Assembly (NCBI GenBank): GCA_018818405.1 | Contig: JAHIRY010000041.1 | Coordinates: 1-20,450 of the forward strand | Length of the DNA stretch: 20,450 nt | Direction: 5' to 3' | From: Patescibacteria group bacterium | GTDB lineage: Bacteria; Patescibacteriota; Patescibacteriia; UBA11705; JABHMO01 | In this document: positions 15,810-20,450 of the stretch, one piece after another | Layout: every line of letters starts with the position of its first letter | Position numbering within the stretch: position 1 is the stretch's first letter | The notes under the pieces: model-generated | What the model saw: the letters and a program-made list of their open reading frames with translations, nothing else | Told to the model about the DNA's origin: nothing | Database searches by the model: none | Translations under genes and position numbers: made by a program

Positions 15810-17480
15810 TTAATAAATCTTTTCCAAATTGATTCCCGTGTAATAATGTTTTAATAAACTGTCATAGGTTGAGCCGTCTTTGCTTGCTCTCGCTTTTGCG
15901 TCTGAAGCATCGATTCCGACTCCGTGTCCCCATAATGTTTTACCTTGCGTATATGGCGTTATTACTGATATGAGATACGGAACAACCCTGCCCCAAATTT
16001 CTTTGAAGCTTCTTGTTTTTCCGTCTCCGCGAGCGAAGTATGCTGCAATAATCAATTCATTATCAAAAGTCGCGACCATTCCTTTTGTTTCATCTGTTGC
16101 TGTAATCAAGTTCGGCAAGATTTGTGAGACAACATTGCCTTTGTAAACTTGGTCATAGTAAGAATCAACATCATAGAATTCCTTGGCGTGTTTTGTTCCC
16201 GAATTATGATGATAAAGCGCGTATGTTCTGGCCGCCACTGTCATTGTTTTCAAATATTCCAGCGGATCTGAGTTTGAAGTTTCTTTTATTCCTTTGACAT
16301 AATCTTCGAGGGAAAGTGTTTCAATGAGCCAGGCTCGTTCTCTGTAATCGTTGTATCTGATTTCCAGATCGCCGATGAATTCATTGAAATTAACGCTGGT
16401 ATTCCATGTCGGAACATCCTTCAAGCTTGTGATTTCAAAAATTCCGTTGTTGAAGTTTTTTAATTTTAAATAAGCCGTTGATCTGATTGTTTTGTCAATA
16501 AAATCAAATGTGTATTGTTTGGTTGAATCAATAAAGTTGAAAGTGATTTGCGTATTTGCCGGAACCGAGGCGAGCAATGTGTCATTCTCATCATAAACTT
16601 GCCAGGCTTTGTCGTTTCTTATTGTAATCGCTTCGTCCATTGTAAACAATCCGACTCGAATGTCCGGGCCTTTTTCCGGCAAACCGAATTTTACAACACA
16701 GCTCTGCGCTTCATCTCCTTCAACCGCGTTGGCGATTTTCAGATTCAGCGTGCAGACTGGTGCGGCCGCAGGAACGATCGGCACGGTTGCAGCGTCTCCG
16801 CTTTGAATGGCGGAAGAATTCTCTTGATTGACGACCGGAGTTATTGCGACAACCGGCTTCGAAGGATCTTCCACGATATTTAAGATGACATTGATGTCAG
16901 TATTTTGAATGAGAACATTGTCTCTTACCAGTAAAAAATCGCCGGAATATGTTCCGAGTTTGCTTGGTGCTGCCAGCGCGAAGACAAATGTTCCGATTTC
17001 TCCCGGCGCAACAGAAGCTTCTTTCAACACTGCCGGCAAGTATGGATCCGGCCAATAGTCGTGCCGGAATTTTAATCCGGAGGTTGAAGATTTGAGGTAA
17101 ACCGATTTTCTCGTCCAAGTTGAGGTTCCCGTATTTTTGAATTTGAGCGTGAATGTAAATGCGCTGCCCGGTTTCAAATTTACGGTAGAGAATGATTGGC
17201 TGACTTTTTCCGCTTTTGTTTCCAATTCAGCTGCCATTGCCGACTCGATTCGGAGAAAGCTTGGCGCTGACGGAGATGTTGAGAAAAAAGTATTTTCAAT
17301 CATTCTGAGTCCAAATGATAAACTTATTACCACGAGCAAGGAAAATAAAACATGCATCAGAAGATTTGCCGTGGATTCTTCGTTTGAAAGATTGGAATAA
17401 AAATTATTTCGGCCAAGTTTTTTTTCTTGGGCGTTTTCATTCCAGAAGTATGAGAGAAATTTTGTGTTTGTTTGTATCAT
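15810..17480 (-). CDS. Secreted/membrane-anchored SpoIID/LytB-domain protein with N-terminal beta-sandwich (CARDB-like) repeats.
   Basis: C-terminal ARTYALYHHNSGTKHAKEFYDVDSYYDQVYKG...RGDGKTRSFKEIWG...VGIDASDAKARASKDGSTYDSLLKHYYTG is the SpoIID/LytB amidase-enhancer domain. Upstream segments such as FTFTLKFKNTGTSTWTRKSVYLK resemble Ig-like adhesion modules. Start is uncertain: ATG 17480 (MIQTNTK...) is chosen; alternatives are GTG 17564 and ATG 17357 (MHVLFSLLVV...). Confidence 0.8.
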   Translation of the reverse strand: MIQTNTKFLSYFWNENAQEKKLGRNNFYSNLSNEESTANLLMHVLFSLLVVISLSFGLRMIENTFFSTSPSAPSFLRIESAMAAELETKAEKVSQSFSTVNLKPGSAFTFTLKFKNTGTSTWTRKSVYLKSSTSGLKFRHDYWPDPYLPAVLKEASVAPGEIGTFVFALAAPSKLGTYSGDFLLVRDNVLIQNTDINVILNIVEDPSKPVVAITPVVNQENSSAIQSGDAATVPIVPAAAPVCTLNLKIANAVEGDEAQSCVVKFGLPEKGPDIRVGLFTMDEAITIRNDKAWQVYDENDTLLASVPANTQITFNFIDSTKQYTFDFIDKTIRSTAYLKLKNFNNGIFEITSLKDVPTWNTSVNFNEFIGDLEIRYNDYRERAWLIETLSLEDYVKGIKETSNSDPLEYLKTMTVAARTYALYHHNSGTKHAKEFYDVDSYYDQVYKGNVVSQILPNLITATDETKGMVATFDNELIIAAYFARGDGKTRSFKEIWGRVVPYLISVITPYTQGKTLWGHGVGIDASDAKARASKDGSTYDSLLKHYYTGINLEKIY

Positions 17481-17570
17481 ATTATGAAAAATTGCGTGAA
17501 GACCGAAGCGAATTGAGAAAATAATAAAAGAGCGCTTCGGAAAAGACACTCTTTCTTTGATCACATTATC

Positions 17571-17599
17571 ATTATAGCAAACTTTGATTTAAAAGTCAA
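17571..17599 (-). promoter_or_regulatory. Consensus sigma70 promoter (TTGACT-N17-TATAAT) for the SpoIID-like gene.
   Basis: Minus-strand TTGACT (rc of 17594-17599), 17-bp spacer, TATAAT (rc of 17571-17576). The 5' UTR contains a perfect 8-bp hairpin, ccgaagcg...cgcttcgg (17511-17548). Confidence 0.7.
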
Positions 17600-18240
17600 G
17601 CTCCAAAAGAAAAGTTTTGCTGATTTATTCCCGGCAGACGCAATTTCAGTTCCTGCAAAAGCGATTTAAAATCAATTTCATTGTATTTTAAATCAACCTT
17701 GTCAGCGTCAACGCGGAAAATCGGACAAAGAGAGAATGTTTTTTCCCATTCTTCATACAAATAATTTAAATTTTCAATGTATTCTCGGTCAATGGCCGTT
17801 TCCATTCCCCTTTCTCGTTTTTTTATGTGAGAGAGACAGCGTTCTACTGAGGATTGCAGAAAAATAATCAGATCCGGCGTCTGCAAGTTCGGAACAATGG
17901 AATCATATAATTTTTTGTAGGTTTGCCAATCGGTTTCCGACAGATGATTCCTGCGATACAGGTTTTTCACGAAAATTTCCGCGCCTTCGTAGATGCAGCG
18001 ATCCTGAATGATGGAATTTTCTTTTTTTAATATTTCGAAATGATCGCTGATCCGGCTGGCAAAGAAAGCTGTTTCGCAGTGGAATGCCCATTTGCGCATG
18101 TCTTCATAAAAATTTTCCAGATAAGGATTTTGGCAAAACGGTTCTTGGAATAATTCCCATCCGAGATTGGCTGACAGTTTTTTCGCGAGACTCGACTTTC
18201 CTGCTCCGATATTGCCGGCAATGGCGATAAAATATTTCAT
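17596..18240 (-). CDS. Deoxynucleoside kinase (dAK/dGK/dCK family).
   Basis: Start ATG rc of 18238-18240 gives MKYFIAIAGNIGAGKSSLAKKLSANLGWELFQEPFCQNPYLENFYEDMRKWAFHCETAFFASR, with P-loop plus the dNK ERS-type motifs, 214 aa. The track's longer ORF is an in-frame upstream extension without support. Confidence 0.85.
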   Translation of the reverse strand: MKYFIAIAGNIGAGKSSLAKKLSANLGWELFQEPFCQNPYLENFYEDMRKWAFHCETAFFASRISDHFEILKKENSIIQDRCIYEGAEIFVKNLYRRNHLSETDWQTYKKLYDSIVPNLQTPDLIIFLQSSVERCLSHIKKRERGMETAIDREYIENLNYLYEEWEKTFSLCPIFRVDADKVDLKYNEIDFKSLLQELKLRLPGINQQNFSFGA

Positions 18241-18392
18241 AGAAAAAGTTTGTTTCTTTCTTTTTATTATTTTATCAAATTTATTCCGGTTGCGACAGTT
18301 TTTGTTTCGGGGCTTTTTGTAAAGCCGTTCGACTTTACAACGGCAACTCGTTGTGTTAATCTGCGGTATTGCCACTGGAAAAGGAGGTGTAC

Positions 18393-18746
18393 ATGAGCGC
18401 GCAGTTGGAACCAAAAGAAATTTCTTCCTTTCTGAAATGGAAAAAAGAGAAGGAGCATGATATCGAGGTGAGACAGGCAACCTTGGCCGGGCAGCTGGCT
18501 GATGCCGTGCCCGAACGTTTCCGCGGATTGATGAAAGAAGATAATTTGATAATTCAGGAGTTGGTTCGCGATGGACTGGCGAGGAGAAATTATGGCAGCT
18601 CCGTTGCCGTTAGCTATGGATTCAAAACATTGAATGAATTTGCAATTGCTTTTGGTCAGTTGAGAGAGGCGCGGGCCGGAGTCGTTTATGTAGATGTTAG
18701 CTGGAGAGGCCCGGAAATGTTTTTCGTCGGTTATTCCGCCGTTTAG
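18393..18746 (+). CDS. Hypothetical protein (117 aa), GC-richer than its surroundings.
   Basis: Strong RBS aaggagg at 18381-18387, ATG at 18393. No recognisable motif. GC ~48% versus ~38-40% for neighbouring genes. Followed by a hairpin at 18853-18880. Confidence 0.6.
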   Translation: MSAQLEPKEISSFLKWKKEKEHDIEVRQATLAGQLADAVPERFRGLMKEDNLIIQELVRDGLARRNYGSSVAVSYGFKTLNEFAIAFGQLREARAGVVYVDVSWRGPEMFFVGYSAV

Positions 18747-18849
18747 GCGTTTCGGGTTTTTCAAGAGACTTCAATCACAAACTGCGTTCAATCAGGGGAA
18801 TGTCGAAATCGGCATTCCTCTTTTTCTTTGGGAGAATTGTGAAGAATAA

Positions 18850-18885
18850 AAACGAGGTGAGTTTTGTGACTTCACCTCGCAGTTG
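18850..18885. terminator. Hairpin between the convergent 18393..18746 (+) and zinc-ribbon (-) genes.
   Basis: cgaggtga ... tcacctcg 8-bp stem at 18853-18880. Confidence 0.45.
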
Positions 18886-18887
18886 TT

Positions 18888-19274
18888 TCAATCCGTTTGT
18901 TTCCGGATCCAATTGTTCTGACCGCAGAATGGGCATTTCCGATTTTCGTGATCAGTTTCCACATGTCCGCAACCGGCGCAGACAAAAGGATATTCATGTT
19001 TTTCTCTCGGCTGGATTTCAATGTCCCATGGAATACTGACGGTTTCTTCCTCCGCCGGGAGAATGGTTTCGCTTTCAGCTGAACGAATAAAGTTGCGCAA
19101 TTTTCGCCGTTCCACTCTTTGCGTGTGCATGGCCGCTTCTGACGGCGAATATTGGCTGGTGAGAAAAAAAAGAATTCCTTTTACATTTGTTCTTTGATCC
19201 CGAGAGAACATTGTGCCGCAGCGGGCGCAAAAATTTCCGCCCATGGCTGATGTGCCGCATTTTTTGCATTTCAT
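18888..19274 (-). CDS. Double zinc-ribbon protein (two CxxC...CxxC modules).
   Basis: RBS agaggaggg upstream on the minus strand. N-terminal CKKCG...CARCG and C-terminal CAGCGH...CPFCG. 128 aa. Confidence 0.7.
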   Translation of the reverse strand: MKCKKCGTSAMGGNFCARCGTMFSRDQRTNVKGILFFLTSQYSPSEAAMHTQRVERRKLRNFIRSAESETILPAEEETVSIPWDIEIQPREKHEYPFVCAGCGHVETDHENRKCPFCGQNNWIRKQTD

Positions 19275-19395
19275 GAGCGAGCCCTCCTCTGTTTTGTGTC
19301 AAATAAATGAACCTGTTGTTCAGTGAAGAATTTATCAGACCGCGTTATTTGTGTCAATAAAGAAATTTTATTAGAAATTTTTGAGAACAAAGAAG

Positions 19396-19427
19396 TATAA
19401 ATTAAAAAACATCAACTTTCGTTGATA
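19396..19427 (-). terminator. Rho-independent terminator after tRNA-Ala (minus strand).
   Basis: Minus-strand atcaacgaaagttgat followed by gttttttaattt. Confidence 0.6.
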
Positions 19428-19523
19428 TTTCGGATAGTCGTTTACTAAGCTGGCGTTATAAAAGATTTACTTTTATAGAATTGTCGAATGGCCTGCCATC
19501 CGAAGCTCCCGCGGAGCGTAGGA

Positions 19524-19600
19524 TGGTGGACCCTAAGGGATTCGAACCCTTGACCTCTTCCATGCCATGGAAGCGCTCTAGCCAGCTGAGCTAAGGGCCC
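19524..19600 (-). tRNA. tRNA-Ala (anticodon GGC).
   Basis: 77 nt. G3:U70 wobble in the acceptor stem (gggccct/agggtcc), anticodon arm cttcc-atggcat-ggaag, T-arm aaggg-ttcgaat-ccctt, encoded CCA. Confidence 0.9.
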
Positions 19601-19702
19601 ATGAAGTTACATGCTGCGGCATGACTTCAGGGCACCCCGCCCCTCGCGAGGAGCGGGGGCAAGCCCTTTGTCAGATACCGCGTGACTTTTTTTTGTATTT
19701 TT

Positions 19703-19945
19703 TTAAATCAGTCTTTTGTTCCGAAAAGCAATGCCTGATGATGTTTTCAAATATTTTTCAAAAGCAGATGCTTTCTTTTTGTCGGTGAAGGCACAATGGT
19801 AAAGTATTTTCCAAGGGCGGAACCTGTTTGTATGCGCAGACTTTCCTTTATTGTGTTCTTCCAATCGGTTATCAATGTTTTCTGAAAAGCCGGTATATAG
19901 TTGTTTAGGAGAATTGATGCTTTGGATGATGTAGACGAAATACAT
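19703..19945 (-). CDS. Small GIY-YIG nuclease-superfamily protein (UPF0213/YhbQ-like).
   Basis: MYFVYIIQSINSPKQLYTGFSENIDNRLEEHNKGKSAHTNRFRPW matches the GIY-YIG core (Y.VYI......LYTG.T.....R...H..G..A..T....PW). 80 aa. Confidence 0.8.
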   Translation of the reverse strand: MYFVYIIQSINSPKQLYTGFSENIDNRLEEHNKGKSAHTNRFRPWKILYHCAFTDKKKASAFEKYLKTSSGIAFRNKRLI

Positions 19946-20120
19946 TCTTTAATAACTTATTATTGGAAAATCGATACCCCTTTTTCTCTGCGCGAGTTTT
20001 TTTTAGTTTTGTTTGATGGCTTGCCATTCGTAGCGCAGCCATTTTAAAACAACTAAACAAGGAAAAATTTCAGCCCTTCTTCGCTGAAGCTACGAAGGGC
20101 ATTCTTCGCTGCGCGAAGAA

Positions 20121-20361
20121 TGGCGGGCGCAGAGGGACTCCCCTCGGCGCGGCTCGGTGCAGGCTTCTCGTCCCTCTTTTTCAATAAAATCTTTTGTGTT
20201 TGGTGGGCGCAGAGGGACTCCCCTCGGCGCGGCTCGGTGCAGGCTTCTCGTCCCTCTTTTTCAATGAAACATTTTTGTGTTTGGTGGGCGCAGAGGGACT
20301 CCCCTCGCGCGACTCAGGGCAGGCTTCTCGTCCCTCTTTTTCAATGAAACATTTTTGTGTT
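20121..20361 (-). repeat. Three tandem ~80-bp direct repeats, each a 20-nt copy of the tRNA-Lys 3' end (incl. CCA) plus a ~60-nt conserved core, abutting the tRNA-Lys gene.
   Basis: Units 20121-20200, 20201-20281 and 20282-20361 all begin tgg(t/c)gggcgcagagggactc, the reverse complement of the tRNA-Lys 3' terminal 20 nt. The unit nearest the tRNA is the best conserved. They generate the spurious + ORFs 20120..20347 and 20194..20403. Confidence 0.9.
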
Positions 20362-20437
20362 TGGTGGGCGCAGAGGGACTCGAACCCCCGGCCAAGTGCT
20401 TAAGAGGCACCTGCTCTACCGACTGAGCTATGCGCCC
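20362..20437 (-). tRNA. tRNA-Lys (anticodon CTT).
   Basis: 76 nt. Acceptor gggcgca/tgcgccc, D-arm gctc-agtcggta-gagc, anticodon arm ggtgc-ctcttaa-gcact, T-arm ggggg-ttcgagt-ccctc, encoded CCA. Confidence 0.92.
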
Positions 20438-20450
20438 GTATTAGATTATA

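Noticed and set aside
20121-20361. Interpretation of the + strand 20-mers (complementary to the tRNA-Lys 3' end) as retroelement primer-binding sites, or of the array as a CRISPR-like locus.
   Set aside because: No LTR-like or reverse-transcriptase context exists. The units share a conserved core rather than unique spacers, so CRISPR is excluded. A flanking direct duplication of the tRNA 3' end is the simpler reading.
20120-20403. Two overlapping + strand ORFs (75 and 69 aa) with repeated peptide GAEGLPSARLGAGFSSLFFN.
   Set aside because: They are produced by translating the three tandem tRNA-trailer repeats. The repetition is at DNA level, there is no RBS, and they lie antisense to the tRNA-Lys transcript.

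Overview
This window is a low-GC (~40%) bacterial chromosomal segment spanning the replication origin. The minus strand carries rpmH, rnpA and yidD; the plus strand carries dnaA and dnaN. DnaA-box clusters lie upstream of dnaA and between dnaA and dnaN, with an AT-rich unwinding element in front of dnaN. The left flank holds a partial Wzy/O-antigen-ligase-like membrane protein, a convergent hypothetical gene, a Wzx/MOP-type flippase, and an NfeD-flotillin (SPFH) operon. The NfeD carries an unusual (His-Asp-Ile-Asp)n insert and the flotillin is very long (660 aa). Two tandem paralogous hypothetical genes follow, each with its own TTGACA promoter and a near-identical 3' end plus terminator. To the right lie tRNA-Leu(TAA) and tRNA-Gly(GCC), a SpoU/TrmH methyltransferase, and ruvB interrupted by an in-frame TGA. 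Further right are a small membrane protein, a bacterial-PH-domain (DUF304) protein, a SpoIID/LytB-domain protein with a textbook TTGACT-N17-TATAAT promoter, a deoxynucleoside kinase, a GC-richer hypothetical gene, a double zinc-ribbon protein, tRNA-Ala(GGC), a small GIY-YIG nuclease and tRNA-Lys(CTT). The most unusual non-coding structure is a family of short elements inserted directly after tRNA genes. Each is a conserved 55-60 nt sequence flanked by a 20-nt direct copy of the host tRNA's own 3' end including CCA. There is one copy after tRNA-Gly and three tandem copies after tRNA-Lys. Other notable signals are a perfect 50-bp palindrome between dnaN and tRNA-Leu, four phased 9-mer repeats just upstream of dnaA, and a 12-bp palindrome (ATGGCWTGCCAT) that recurs downstream of three different tRNA genes. 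All calls are from reading the sequence; no database searches were run.
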